The notes under the pieces were generated by a model. That model saw nothing but the letters and a program-made list of their open reading frames with translations, had not been told where the DNA came from and did not search any database. A stretch of 63,667 nt of DNA, counting the filler, from Octopus bimaculoides (lineage: Eukaryota), in the NCBI RefSeq assembly GCF_001194135.2. It is 5 parts of 5 records of this genome, joined end to end, with 100 filler letters (N's around TTAATTAATTAA, not from the genome) between each part and the next. Parts side by side here need not be neighbours in the genome. Positions count along the whole stretch, not along the records: positions 32,014 to 50,597 come from NC_068987.1; positions 50,698 to 62,401 come from NC_069005.1; 3 more parts are not named here. One strand, 5' to 3'. Of this stretch, positions 36,403 through 50,870 are shown in pieces (positions within the stretch are counted from its first letter, which is position 1; each line of letters opens with the position of its first letter). The position numbers and the translations under genes were made by a program.

Positions 36403-36976
36403 TTCAAGCCGAAACACCTTGTATCGTTGTGAGTAATACAGTTGGGATCGAACTTCTCAGCTATATAATGATGTGAATATAAAATGAGCTTAATTGTAAC
36501 AAAGTAGCTCGTAGACACAGCACGATATATATATTTGCATGTAAATAAGGTCTCAAGGACACATCTCGCAGCATATATTGTACAACCATGATTATATTTA
36601 ATTCATTAAACATTTCTTTTGCATTACTTTATTTGTAGTTTATAATCTCCAAACTTCTCTGCAAACGGTAGGAAATTATCAACTTATTATTCCGCATGAA
36701 TATGTAGTATATTTATATAGTCTGAATAACAATCAGGGGAAAATATTAAGTTACTGTTATCCAACCAGCTTATCATTGGTTCAAAACGTTGTTTGGCGAT
36801 AAGAATGGAGTGTCTATTACTCGATGCGCAACAGATACTGTGAATTTCATTGAAAGACTGTAGATTTGACATCGTATATAAATACACATCACATACGTAA
36901 ACTTATACGTAGACAGTCTTATAAACCCTTTTGTCTGCATAAAAAGAGGCAATCATTACTTTTTGTCATACACACA

Positions 36977-37012
<36 letters not shown>

Positions 37013-37469
37013 TGTATATATATATATATGTGTGTATAGNNNNNNNNNNNNNNNNNNNNNNNNNNNNNNNNNNNNNNNNNNNNNNNNNNNNNNNNNNNNN
37101 NNNNNNNNNTATATATATATATATATATATATATATTCGTTTTTCTATTCCTTTCTCAAAATTGTTGAATTGAAATCCTGTGATGAAACAGATATTCTTA
37201 TATTTGGGGCGATATCATCTTTTTCCAATTAAACATACGCACTATATATTCGATCTTTACCTGAGCTTTAGCGTTAGTATTGTATCTGTCAGAGTTCTTC
37301 AGTTACACTTTCTGTGACCTCTTCATCAGCTCTTTGTCCATCGTGTCTCCCCTTGTCCTGCCAATTCCTTTTGTCTTTTTCTGGTTTATATCTCTAATTG
37401 CGCATAGACATACCTATGCGTGCGAGTGTAGTTCAAATTTACACAGCGCAAAAGACGCAGACTGGTGAA

Positions 37470-37625
37470 GGAACAATAAACAGGTGTATTTGTTTAACGC
37501 TCAGGAAAAACTGAAAAGTCCTTGACGTTTCGAGCCTACGATCTTCGACGGAAAGCATTAAGAGGAATAATAATAGTAGAGAACGAAAAACAAAAACGGA
37601 GGGAGAACAAAATACGTGTAGAGAT
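37470..37625 (-). mobile_element. Penelope-like terminal repeat fragment with a degenerate hammerhead-like core
   Basis: Reverse complement reads ctttCCGTCGA-a-gatcgtaggctc-GAAAC-GTC-aagg. Shares the tttcctgagcg..acac block with 5765-5896. Confidence 0.4.
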
Positions 37626-38177
37626 TAACGTTTCAACATGATGATATGGCGCTATATATGTATATATATACACGATATATATACATACCGTATATATATC
37701 ATTTGCCACATTCTACTGAAAATGTACTCGGCTATACGGATCTATGGCAGAGTGCATATTATCGAGTTGAAAGTGTACACTAACTCTGAGCTACATGTTT
37801 ACTAAGTCAACTTCAATACACGGTCATGCTTCCTCCTTATAACAAAGAGTAAATATTGACATCAGCTACGTACAAATCGCAAAGGATTTTGCAAATCTGA
37901 AACCCTACAAATTAGATTATATTGCACTTTACTTGACTTCGTTTATTATTCCTTGTAAAAATATATGCAGAATATAACAAATATGATCAACTATGGGCTA
38001 AAGGCTTCTTCTCTGCTGAAATAAAATCTTTCGAAAAGATTTTGACATGTTCATGTGTATTGTGGAATTAAATGTATCAGGTCTGGAGTTTTGTGTGAGA
38101 TGGGGGATAGACAAAAGCAGAAAGTGTGTTGTTATTGCTTGGAGATAGACTCTAGTAAACATTTTCTTCGCCTCCAG

Positions 38178-38287
38178 CGTTTATTTCCTATTTCCTGAAA
38201 CTTCGATGAACAGAGAAAAGTTGGTTCTGGTTATTGTCAAAAGCTTAGTACATCATCAGTTGCTTGGTAGCAAAATACTGTCTCTTG
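38178..38287 (+). CDS. Candidate plus-strand exon (VYFLFPETSMNREKLVLVIVKSLVHHQLLGSKILSL)
   Basis: Acceptor ttttcttcgcctccag, donor TTG|GTAAGT, one open phase. No homology recognised. Confidence 0.3.
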
Positions 38288-38902
38288 GTAAGTATCATGA
38301 CGGCTGCTGCCATATCATGCGACACTTTGTTGAGGGATAGGATAATTAATGTGCTTCCGTGGTGTGAAAAACATAGATTATTCACTAGCTTTTAATATGT
38401 TCGATAGTGCATACATCTATACTATAACATATTTCGAAGATTCATTTTAGCCATTAAACACTTTAACTGTGAAAATAAATTTCATTTTTATTTCAGTATT
38501 GACTTTAAATGTCTACCAAAATATAGAATTGGTATTTTCTACAAACCACAGAGGCTCAGCAAACTTCACATCATATCTCAACAAAATACAGTTTCAAGCA
38601 TAACATTCCTCAACAAAAGACAAATTGGTATATAAAACTATTTCCCACATGTGAGCGTGATGAAATAGTGAGTGGATATATCCGAATCCGGCAACAAAAG
38701 CCTTAAACACATATAATAGCTCTCATATTCTCTTCCTATTTATTTTTGGACAAAACTATCAGCGAATTTCTGCAACCTTTTCTTTAAAATAATAATACAA
38801 CATCTTTCAAATATCAGTTAGTGTTCCGTTCTGTATTAGACATCGAAATTCAGTTTTGTGTCTATTTTCTAATACTTTTCTCGCTCTATCTTACGTTTAT
38901 GA

Positions 38903-38905
<3 letters not shown>

Positions 38906-38995
<90 letters not shown>
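38906..38995. repeat. (TG)n microsatellite
   Basis: About 90-bp perfect TG run. Confidence 0.95.
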
Positions 38996-38997
<2 letters not shown>

Positions 38998-39719
38998 TAT
39001 AGACGAAAGAAAACAGACAAAAGAAAGGCATATTAAGGACTGCGACAAAAGAAATGAAACTCTTTACACAGATTTACAAAATGTGTTCAGTGGACGTTTG
39101 CTCCCCGACTCGAAATGCTAAGGAATTGCAACTGGAAACTTGTTAGAGAGGGCTTGTGAGCATTCCGGTAAATTCACATTCATGTGTATGAGGAAATAAA
39201 AGTAAGTGAAGTTAGCAGTTTTTGTCTGTTCTTACATTACTGAAATAACTTGTCGGTACATCACTTTGATTAATTAGTATGTAGCACATTTCATTTCACT
39301 TATGCATACATGCATAAGTACTTACATGCATACATACATGCATGCATGCATATGTGTGTGAGTGTGTGAGTACACATGTATGAGAGTCTGCGTATGCATG
39401 TGTGTGAGTACGCATGTATATGTGCGTGCACGTACGCATGTGGGTTTTCTTTGATTGTTACTTACGATCGTAAGAGAGTTCAAGCCGGTTGCTAACAAAA
39501 CGACTAGACAATTTGAGTTAAGATTTCCCGGTGTTTGTAAATATGCGGTTGAGCGTGGGTGTTGGTTGAACTGTCAATGGATATATCCAAGAGTGTGCAC
39601 CTATTTATCTATAGGACCTCAGGTGGAGAATCATTGGAATGTCTTACAAATCTTCAGAGAAGTCGTATCAGTGTCTTATGCATCTTTTTTTTTTCGTAAG
39701 GCCTACTATGTCTAGGTTT

Positions 39720-41650
39720 TGAATAAAGTTGTTGGTACATAATCTTATACACCTACGATACGATAGCTTCAAATGAGAATTTATTGTCAGGGTGCAAATA
39801 TTCTCTCTTTCCTAGATTCTGATGGTGTATTCCTATCAGCTGGGCGGCTGACCTCCCTGTCTCATAAAACAATATCCGATCTGATATATTCACCGAAATG
39901 CTGTTTTTATTGGAGTGTTCTGCGAATATCCCTTGCCTTTAAAGGAGTGAATTTATGCTGGTTCTGACATGCCTTTGACGTATACGTCAAGGGATTCATT
40001 TCTGCGCGTAGCAATGTGAATATTCTCTGCAGCTATATCAAGCAATGGGGGCAACCAGTATCTCGTAAACATCTTACTGCTGCTGCTGATAATGTAGGTG
40101 ATATCTTTCCACGCTGGTATATCAGAGCTGACATCTTTTCCCACAACGTGGAAGTTTGTTGATATCATTGTCTGTCTTGTTTATCACATATTTAGTAGCT
40201 ATCTGCTGTTCCTGGACAGCGTAGGCATATTCTTCGAGTTGAATTGTCATGTATCTATCACAGTTCCAGGATAGGCTACACTTCCTGTCAATGCTGTAGT
40301 TGCCCTCTAGCTTACGTGGTATGTAGCCATGCATAAGTTTTTTTGCTGGTATGATTAATGCTTACTCTCCTAGCTTCTGCTTCGGCAGGCAATTCAAGCC
40401 TCCTTTGCGTCACACGACACATTTCTATCCTCAGAGTACCTGCACAGTAGTTCTTCTCTAACTTTCAATGTGCTGTGCTGTCACTTTTGAGTATGCATGA
40501 AATGTGCGCATTTCTTTGTTTACTTTCCAGCAGGTGTCTGAGTGATAAATTACCACGTTCAAAGGTAGTTTTTACTATTCTTATATCTCTATCACCATCA
40601 CTTCGTCTATCATACATGCTTTCGCAACCACTGTTAATGGGGAAGTTGCTAGTGGTAATCAGGATCGGTCTGGTTTTGATGTCGAGGCTGCGTGTCTCAT
40701 CATGCATCCTGCCCAATATCCCAGTCATTAGTACCAGCTCTGCTACGGCAAAAAAATTGGAAGATATGGTCTTGTTAAATACAAGCTGCCCTGACTTCCA
40801 TATTTTCCGGAGTCTACAGATGTACCCATTTTTTCAATTCTGCCTTTTGTCACAGTACCAATGTATGCAATGTTTCCAAGACACTGGTAGTTTTCATTCT
40901 TTGATAGACAAGTCATTGATATATATGTCCACTCTCTTGTCAACAATCTTTCCTCAGTTAACTATCATCTATCAGCATTTATGTTTTGCAAACTCCATTC
41001 ATGTCTCGTGAGAAAGTGATTAATTCTAATTGTCTCTTGATCTTGAGCACGTTGCCAGAATATAACTTTAGATCATCAACAAAGAATGCATGGGTGACAT
41101 TAGTTTTATTATTTTCTGCGTATCCCGGTAGGTAGCCTTGGCATTTTGTTATCAGGTCTGACAGGGGATTCACTGACAGTACAAACAGCATTACAGATAA
41201 ATTATCACCCTGGAATATATCTGCAGATATTTTGCTTGTAACAGTAGGAGTTGCTTTATTAGATGTCAGTGATAACTGTGGATCACACTGTGATCAGTCA
41301 TTAGCATTTATTATAAAAGCTGGTATTTTCGAAAAGTGTAGATATTATATCATCCATGAGTGAGGCACAGGGTCGAACGGCTTGTTGTAATTTAGCCATA
41401 TTAAGAGATTGCAACTATGTTGATTGGCTTCCTTAAGCCTAGCTTTGTTAATGAGGAGCTGTTCAGCATAGCCCTAGGCTTCTGTCATTCCTCTTGCCTG
41501 TTCAATCAATTGTCTCACCATTTGTTTGGTAATGGGCTTCGAGAAACATGTTCAGAAAGCCTGTGTACATTTTGTACATAACATTCACGCATGCTATGAG
41601 CCTATAGATTTTGGCTACATTTTTCTTGGTAATAAGAGTAGTCTGTGCAA
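39720..41650 (-). mobile_element. R4/NeSL-type non-LTR retrotransposon, RT through REL, decayed
   Basis: FQGDNLSVMLFVLSVNPLS, THAFFVDDLKLYS (YADD-equivalent), MHGY, EEYAYAVQEQQIATKY, DITYIISSSSKMFTRY. Same family as 34640-35400. Confidence 0.85.
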
Positions 41651-41929
41651 CTAGAAGCTATTCTAGTATATGTACGCATGCATTTATGAATGTATGAATG
41701 CATGAATGTATGTTTATATGTATGAATATATGCACGTATGTATGCATGTATATTTATAATAGGTTATATGTATGTATGTATGTAAACTGGTATATGTACG
41801 TCTATTGATAATAACGATCCAAAGAATTAAACTGAACTCACATTAATTCGTTTTTGAATATTTTTCTGACACTTGACTTTATATTTGTTATGATTTTACG
41901 TTATTGATGTTTTGACATTATTACATTTA

Positions 41930-42520
41930 TCTACAGCAACTATCTCTGAATTCGTATTGGTCTACATTCATTGCTTTTTTAAAGCAAACTATATGTGGCA
42001 ACACACTGAATACATCTATCATCTTTATTATACATTGAGTCAACTTGCTTCTGGCTGCCTGGTGGGGCACAACTGATTTCTTTGCGACGAGATCCCTCCA
42101 CCTGTCCCTGTCGTCTTCCAATGAAGGATTGTTTTGGCCAACATTGATGAGCGGCTAACATGGCCAAACCACCTGAGCTTGCGTTTCATTACTGTGGTAA
42201 GAAGTTCTTCATAGGACCCTACTGCCTGCCTTATTCTTTTCAGCTCCTCACAAATTAGGAACTCAAAAGAATAAGGAAGGCAATAGGGTCCATACAGAGA
42301 TCCTGTACGATATTTCTCTGTATGATCTCTGTATGATATTTCCAAAAGTCTCCTGCAATATTTCATCTCTGCAGCATGGATTCTTCTTTCGACTTCTGCT
42401 GTCGGTGTCCATGTCTCACAGGCGTACGGGAATAATGAGATCGCTAGTGATCTCATTTGTCTAATTTGGGATCTGAGTGAGATATTTAAAAAGTTATGAC
42501 AAACTGCTCGAAATTCCATG
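41930..42520 (-). mobile_element. RTE-clade LINE 3' end
   Basis: YACETWT..ERRIHAAEMKYCRRLLEISYRDH, KRKLRWFGHVSRSSMLAKTIL, DRDRWRDLV. Confidence 0.85.
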
Positions 42521-42702
42521 AATCGCTCTAAATATTAGAATGCAGATTACATTTTTAAGTGCACTTGTATATACTTGTATATATATATGAATATGTTATA
42601 TACATGCAAATGATGATGCAATATCTATTATATATCTCAACAACATTATGAAATAGTGAAACAGATGCAAACGAATACATATATATATATATATACATAT
42701 AC

Positions 42703-42739
<37 letters not shown>

Positions 42740-44496
42740 NNNNNNNNNNNNNNNNNNNNNNNNNNNNNNNNNNNNNNNNNNNNNNNNNNNNNNNNNNNNN
42801 NNNNNNNNNNNNNNNNNNNNNNNNNNNNNNNNNNNNNNNNNNNNNNNNNNNNNNNNNNNNNNNNNNNNNNNNNNNNNNNNNNNNNNNNNNNNNNNNNNNN
42901 NNNNNNNNNNNNNNNNNNNNNNNNNNNNNNNNNNNNNNNNNNNNNNNNNNNNNNNNNNNNNNNNNNNNNNNNGTATATGTATCTATATTTCTTTGTGTTG
43001 TGAACGTGTGAACATTTGTATGTATTATATATGCACATATATTCACTCTCACTTGGACCAATTCGTTGACCTTTCATGAATCTTTGCAGAAAGGCAGTAC
43101 TTCTGGATGTGAATTCATTCAATTTTCTTTTTTTCTATATCTAAACTCCACAGATGACAGAATAACTTGTGGGCTATTTTGGGACCTTCTTCACTCTGAA
43201 TTCAAAAACGCATTTCCGTCTCTATTCTAGTCCCTTTCCGGTACGATTAAATTAGTATCTGCTTTGTATAATTTTACATATTATAATTATGACTGCTGAT
43301 CTGACAACGCACATAACAATCAGGATAATCACAAATCAGTAAGTCTAGTGCAGCAGAACTTCATATTCTGTCCGTTAATGACATACGTAGTAAAACGCTT
43401 TAGCAAAGTATCGATAATGCTGTAGTGTATTTGCCCAGTAACTATATGTAATGAACTATTTGAAAACTGCTTAAACCAGAATTTTAGTGCAATAATGATG
43501 GTAGGGTATGATACATTGCTTTTATATTTACTAGTTGAGTTCCCTTGGTATTTCAAACGTCAGTAGCACTATTAAAGTGAGCTGTATCTTAATCTCAAAA
43601 TCTAACATAAATAAAGAATAATTTACAAAGTTAACTGAAATCTCGGGAAATGTTCAAAGGAAAGATAGCTTCTCATATGAGTATTTGTGTATTTGAAGAG
43701 AAACCAACGGTAACCTGGAATGGATATTCGTATCAGATAACACATTTGTTATTACCTAACATGTTTGATTGTATGATGGTGTTTTGAATGATATGCACAA
43801 CTGTATAGCTAGATTTTCATTTAGCTTTAACAAATATCCAACTGCTTAATTTGCCTTTCTTTTCGATATATGTANNNNNNNNNNGTATGTATATATACAT
43901 ATGTACATATATATATATATATACATATATATACCTATATATACATATATATGTGTACATTCGTGATTGTACGCATTCGTACTCATACACACAAACGCGC
44001 ACGCGCACACACACACACTCACGTACACACACGTAAACTTATATTTTTACACACACGCGCAGGGATATATGGGCATATATATGTGTGTGTATATATGTGT
44101 GTGTACGTGTACGTGTGTGTGTGTATGTACATGTATTTATACATAAGTATATCGATATGGTTTGTGCTTCAGTTGGAAACAGTATGTTTATATGCGCACA
44201 AGTATATCTGTATGAATATATGATTATGGATATATATACGAGGAATAAAAAAGAATTTGAAATATATGACGATTGTTATATATTTAGATTTCTTTTCATG
44301 TTGCATGTATCATATTTCCTTTCAGCTTGTTGTAACATCACAAAAAGAAAAAAGAAAAATAGAAATAATTTTCTAGCATTTACATCAAATAAGAACTCAT
44401 TTAATTTCTTTCTCATATATAAGTAAAAAATGAAGCTAGATTTTTTTAGACATTTTTGCTGCAAGGCAATGGAAAGCCTGGAGACTCATACTATTA

Positions 44497-44511
44497 CTTC
44501 TAGTAGTAGTT

Positions 44512-44565
<54 letters not shown>

Positions 44566-44648
44566 CTACTACTACTACTACTACTACTAGTAGTAGTAGT
44601 AGTAGCAGCAGTAGTAGTAGTAGTAGTAGTAGCAGCAGTAGTAGTAGT
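44497..44648. repeat. Compound (TAG)n/(CTA)n/(CAG)n repeat
   Basis: TAG run switches to CTA and back, so it is partly self-complementary. Confidence 0.9.
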
Positions 44649-45741
44649 GCAAAAATTGAAGCTAACACAAAAGCATGTTTTACTGCAGATCAAAACGAAA
44701 GCATTCCCTCATGAAACAACCGAAAACATGTAATGATGTAGAATAGAGTTATTAACTGCAGAATACGTGGAGGCGACGACGAAGCATTTAATTATACTGT
44801 TTCTGACTGTCTTGTCTTAACCCAAAATGTATATATGTTGTACACAGTTATGACATAATCGGAGTTTGGAAATCATGTTAGTTTTATGAAGCAACAGCAA
44901 AGAAGTGATCAAGGTTCACAGAAGGTTACATACAGATGTATTTGATCTACTGTCCTTATCTTGGTTTACCAGTCAATACAATTTGGCTAATCACCTGCCC
45001 TCCTTATTTGCATGAACTGAATATCCAACTATCGCGTAAAGAAACATGAGCATTGATTTAGTATAAAGTCTTGTAGATGGATTTGTGTGTTTCATTTCAC
45101 AAACTGGATTAACTAGTTCCTATGAACTCCAGTTTATGTGAAATGACGATACAGTATCACAATTTGGTTAATACTTAAAACGAGTATAACCCGTAGATGG
45201 GCAATAATATAAGAATAATCTCCATTTTATAGATTTATGAAAGACTTTGGTTCGAAATCACGAAAATAACATTGCAAAAGAAAGGCACTTGGAAAAGACG
45301 GGAGGGGACAAGGACGTTAAAATTGTGACAAGAACATCTAGATGGTGACAATGGTCCGGATATATCAGTATGATAATGATAGTTCGACATCTAGGAATTT
45401 CTGATGATAATTACCTCGTAAATGTTTGTGAGAATTATGGAGTTACCGTACATCAGGATATTAGAAAATTCATAAGATGTCAGATCAAAGGAATTCGGAA
45501 ACTAACCCTGTTTTCAAAGACAAATCGTGAAGAAAATAGCTCCTAACTGAAATATCAGTCTCCAAAGACTGATTACAACCTTACAAATCACTTACACTTA
45601 TAAATCAGTGGTTCTCAGAAGGTATCCTATAAGGCATATATCGGTGTGTAGAGAATTTAAACATCTTATGACGGAAATTTTAGAAATTCCATTATAATTT
45701 TGGGGCCACATCAAAAATGTGTTATATATTATATATATATG

Positions 45742-45774
<33 letters not shown>

Positions 45775-46726
45775 NNNNNNNNNNNNNNNNNNNNNNNNNN
45801 NNNNNNNNNNNNNNNNNNNNNNNNNNNNNNNNNNNNNNNNNNNNNNNNNNNNNNNNNNNNNNNNNNNNNNNNNNNNNNNNNNNNNNNNNNNNNNNNNNNN
45901 NNNNNNNNNNNNNNNNNNNNNNNNNNNNNNNNNNNNNNNNNNNNNNNNNNNNNNNNNNNNNNNNNNNNNNNNNNNNNNNNNNNNNNNNNNNNNNNNNNNN
46001 NNNNNNNNNNNNNNNNNNNNNNNNNNNNNNNNNNNNNNNNNNNNNNNNNNNNNNNNNNNNNNNNNNNNNNNNNNNNNNNNNNNNNNNNNNNNNNNNNNNN
46101 NNNNNNNNNNNNNNNNNNNNNNNNNNNNNNNNNNNNNNNNNNNNNNNNNNNNNNNNNNNNNNNNNNNNNNNNNNNNNNNNNNNNNNNNNNNNNNNNNNNN
46201 NNNNNNNNNNNNNNNNNNNNNNNNNNNNNNNNNNNNNNNNNNNNNNNNNNNNNNNNNNNNNNNNNNNNNNNNNNNNNNNNNNNNNNNNNNNNNNNNNNNN
46301 NNNNNNNNNNNNNNNNNNNNNNNNNNNNNNNNNNNNNNNNNNNNNNNNNNNNNNNNNNNNNNNNNNNNNNNNNNNNNNNNNNNNNNNNNNNNNNNNNNNN
46401 NNNNNNNNNNNNNNNNNNNNNNNNNNNNNNNNNNNNNNNNNNNNNNNNNNNNNNNNNNNNNNNNNNNNNNNNNNNNNNNNNNNNNNNNNNNNNNNNNNNN
46501 NNNNNNNNNNNNNNNNNNNNNNNNNNNNNNNNNNNNNNNNNNNNNNNNNNNNNNNNNNNNNNNNNNNNNNNNNNNNNNNNNNNNNNNNNNNNNNNNNNNN
46601 NNNNNNNNNNNNNNNNNNNNNNNNNNNNNNNNNNNNNNNNNNNNNNNNNNNNNNNNNNNNNNNNNNNNNNNNNNNNNNNNNNNNNNNNNNNNNNNNNNNN
46701 NNNNNNNNNNNNNNNNNNNNNNNNAG

Positions 46727-46976
46727 CAATCTTCAGCTGCACAAGGACATAGGAATTTAGAAATTTAATGAAATTAAATTTGAACAGAGGACATATTTTT
46801 ATAATTAAATCTAAACTCTCCAATAGAAAGGAGGAATAGAAGTCAAAATTTTTTTTTTGTGTTCTTCCTTCCTTTCTACTTGGAGAGTTTAGATTTAATT
46901 ATAAAAATATGTCCTTCTGTTCAAATTTAATTTCATTATATTTCTAAATTTCTATGTCTTTGTGCAGCTGAAGATT
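46727..46976. mobile_element. Foldback/MITE-like long inverted repeat (about 110-bp arms)
   Basis: caatcttcagctgcacaaggacatagg...ctctccaatagaaagg is mirrored by cctttctacttggagag...tgtgcagctgaagattg with a few mismatches and indels. Confidence 0.85.
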
Positions 46977-47858
46977 GTACTACATTTTATATTTCATGTA
47001 ATGTTTACATTGTTCAATTAGATGGAGTGGCATGAAACGATCGTACTGCATTAGCTCAGGATATCCTTGTTGCTTATATATATATATACTTTTAAAAATA
47101 AAAGCATGTTATTGCATAATAGTTTGCTACATTTGTTCGCAAATTTCAAATTCTAACATTAAACTTTTCACTTTTTTCCTACGCGGTGAGAATAAGTAAT
47201 GTTTTATTCGAGATGAGTGCGTCAAGAACCAAAAACGTCATTACAATTTTAGTCATAAGTAAATGTGGAAGTCATAAACATTATAGAGTCACTGAGCTTG
47301 TGGGGAGGCAGCTTGAGAGGTATCATCAAGATAGAAACTTGAGCCTAATGTTTTCACGAATGTAGTCTTAGTTAAATGAAACCAAGGATTAATTTGTGTT
47401 GATAAAGTAGGCGATTGATTCAGTCGATTATCCGAGTAAGCTATAGTGGAACTTGACAACAAAAGACAAACAGCAGGAAAAATACACCAAGCTCTTCGAC
47501 CTAATTTTATTACTGTTCTCCGAATCACCTTCTGTTATCGACAAACGGAAGGACGAAAGGCAAAACTGATAATTTGTGTTCTTCAACTAAATCGAGGAAC
47601 TATCCAAATAGAAAGATCTATGAGTAGAGTTACCTAAATGGTGAGAAATGAAAACAGAAATAATCATTGAATGGATTTGAACCCAACTGGATTTTTTTTC
47701 AGAAATTACAGATAACTGCAGTATACAGAAAATTACAAACATTGGGCACATATTATCTAGAAAACAAAGAAATCAAAATAAAACACTGGAGGACTAACAA
47801 GTGGTAGTAGTAGTAGTAGTAGTGGCGGCGGTGGTGGTGGTAGTAGTAGTAGTAGTAG

Positions 47859-47891
<33 letters not shown>

Positions 47892-47903
47892 GAGTAGTAG
47901 TAG

Positions 47904-47939
<36 letters not shown>

Positions 47940-47989
47940 TTATAGAGATGGCATGTAAAATAGAAATTCTTTTCCGGATAGAAATCGAC

Positions 47990-49160
47990 GCTACTGATGA
48001 TAAACTATTGACGTTACACAGATAAACAATAAAAAAATTATTCTGGAATACGGTTTAGAAAAATGCAGAAAAGCAGCATTGAAGAGATAGAAATTAGTAA
48101 ACAACATTAACATTGTAATAAATATAGTATCGCAGATTATCAAATCGCTGAACTGAACACAGCACAACATATATATGAAGCTAAACATGAAAAGGACATA
48201 TTGCAGACGCATTGCATCACTTAAAACAGAAATAGCCAAAACACATATGATAATACTTATCGATACTCGAGGTATACCGCTGAAAAGTTTTTGTTCTAAG
48301 GGCAGCCGGACAATAGTCATCCAGCAAATTCGAATCTGAATTTAGAATACAACACCAAACAAGCGAAGCTATATACATATATTCCTCTTAAATAAATGTA
48401 AGAAATAAGGATCCTTCTCCAACTACAAAGCTAATAAGAAAATCTGTACTTTAGGACTACAAAGATTATTACGAAAGCTTTGCGAAAGTAATACACATAG
48501 TATCAAATCATAAACGAAATGTAAAACAAAACTGCTTATACTCTTCAAAGTATCCAACAGCTATGTAAAAACGTAAGGAAGAAGTAAAAGAAAATTGTGA
48601 GATGACAGAATGACGATATAGCATTAAGACGTAATAAAAAGTAAAACTCTCACGTGAAAATGGAGTTGCAGAATGTTATGCTAAGACAATGGCAAGAAAA
48701 GCTAGTAAAGCACCTAACAAAATTCAGCAAAGTTGGTGAGGATAAAGAATAATCTCAGAACATAATCCTAAGAATGAAGGCTCGAGAAATAACCATGTGG
48801 GCGTTTCACCACAGGCTATCAAAATTATATAAGAATACGTTAAGTAACTTACAGAAGGATCTAATATTACTTTCAAATTAGTGGTAACGATTCTACCATT
48901 TCGCCTCCGTTGTAGGATCTAATATTACCGTCATATGTGGTATTAAATCTCTGAAATACAACGAGAATGCTGTTGAAATAGCATTTGTGCGGTGTATGTA
49001 TACGATATTAGTCCTATTTCTTATAGCGGTGCTAGGTGTTCTTAAACGTGTAGCAGGAAATGAAAGAGATGAAAAAGAATCCGGGGGATTTTCTGAATAT
49101 GAATTCTGGAAAATAGTGGCTTTAGGAAATACTCGAATAGTGTGCGCCGAAAATTAACCA
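47990..49160 (+). mobile_element. Very old R4-like LINE remnant
   Basis: EYGLEKCRKAALKR (post-RT motif) and the terminal KIVALGNTRIV resembling QKIALLGTAHIL; heavily decayed. Confidence 0.45.
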
Positions 49161-49886
49161 TAAAGTATAGAAAGCAAGAGTTATAACAAAACTATATAAT
49201 TTCGCGAGTTCTTGAAAACAATTCTCCGCTGAAATTTTCAACAATCTACTGCGTTAGTCCTAGAATTTTATGCTTGTATATACATGTCAGTATACATACA
49301 TTCATACATACATATATACATACATACATATATGCATGCATGCATACATGCATACATACATATATAGGCACACAGTCGAACTGCCAGTAACGTAACCACA
49401 ATCTCCATCAGCAACATTATCACAACGACACCATCATTCTCGTATCAATCAATACCGCCACTACCACAAAACAACACCACTTGTATCACAATTGTTATCA
49501 CAAATAAAACGACAAAATACCATCATAACGATCAACGTCACCAAAATCAACGCCCATAATTTCACTATCAAAACAGCTAATAAAACACACAGCCACCGCG
49601 ATGATTCTTGCTGCATCCATCAAAACATTCTATATAAATATCTTACTGGGATTTGTATCACTTAGTCATCACTATGGGGAAGTGGGGAAAGTTGAAGATG
49701 GAATTTGCTTTCAGGAAAGAGAGCGGGAAAAATGAGAATCAGTACACGCCATAAACCGAGACTGTTGCACATACGCACATAGACACAAACACACAAACAT
49801 ACACACACACACACACAGATATACATACATACAGACAGACGCATACACATACACACATATATATATCTACCTATCTATCAATCTGT

Positions 49887-49957
<71 letters not shown>

Positions 49958-50462
49958 NNNNNNNNNNNNNNNNNNNNNNNNNNNNNNNNNNNNNNNNNNN
50001 NNNNNNNNNNNNNNNNNNNNNNNNNNNNNNNNNNNNATATTATAACGTTTTTAACTTTTAAATTTTCATATTCAAAAGAGACAGAGACTTCGAACTCGAT
50101 ATATCGATTTATTCACCACTCTATGTTAACATTTCTGTGCCAAACTTATTCAGTGACTGGTCCATTGGATTTTGACATTTGGCAATTCTTCAGGAGAGCT
50201 TACCATCCGAACAAAACACGAAAAAACACATACATACAGATCATTAAATTCTTAAAATCCCGTTAGATTACATCTTTGTTATTATAGGGGAGATAACTCC
50301 TTAATTTTCTATTTTTATTGCTCCCCTGTGAATTTCCACTAGATTAATTAATTAATTTGTTTATTTATTTTTACTATACTATATTACCCGTTCCTTTACC
50401 CGTATACATATGCATACATACACTTTACCCGTATACTTATACATATATACATACATACACAC

Positions 50463-50505
<43 letters not shown>

Positions 50506-50700
50506 CATATATACATATATATATATATACACATACACATATACATACAAATACAACACACATACATATACATACACATATATATACATGTACATATNNN
50601 NNNNNNNNNNNNNNNNNNNNNNNNNNNNNNNNNNNNNNNNNTTAATTAATTAANNNNNNNNNNNNNNNNNNNNNNNNNNNNNNNNNNNNNNNNNNNNTAT

Positions 50701-50746
<46 letters not shown>

Positions 50747-50833
50747 GCAGCTATATAGATATATACATACATACATATATAGATTGATAAAGAGATAGAT
50801 ACATAGATAGATAGAAAGTTATACACATATATT

Positions 50834-50870
<37 letters not shown>

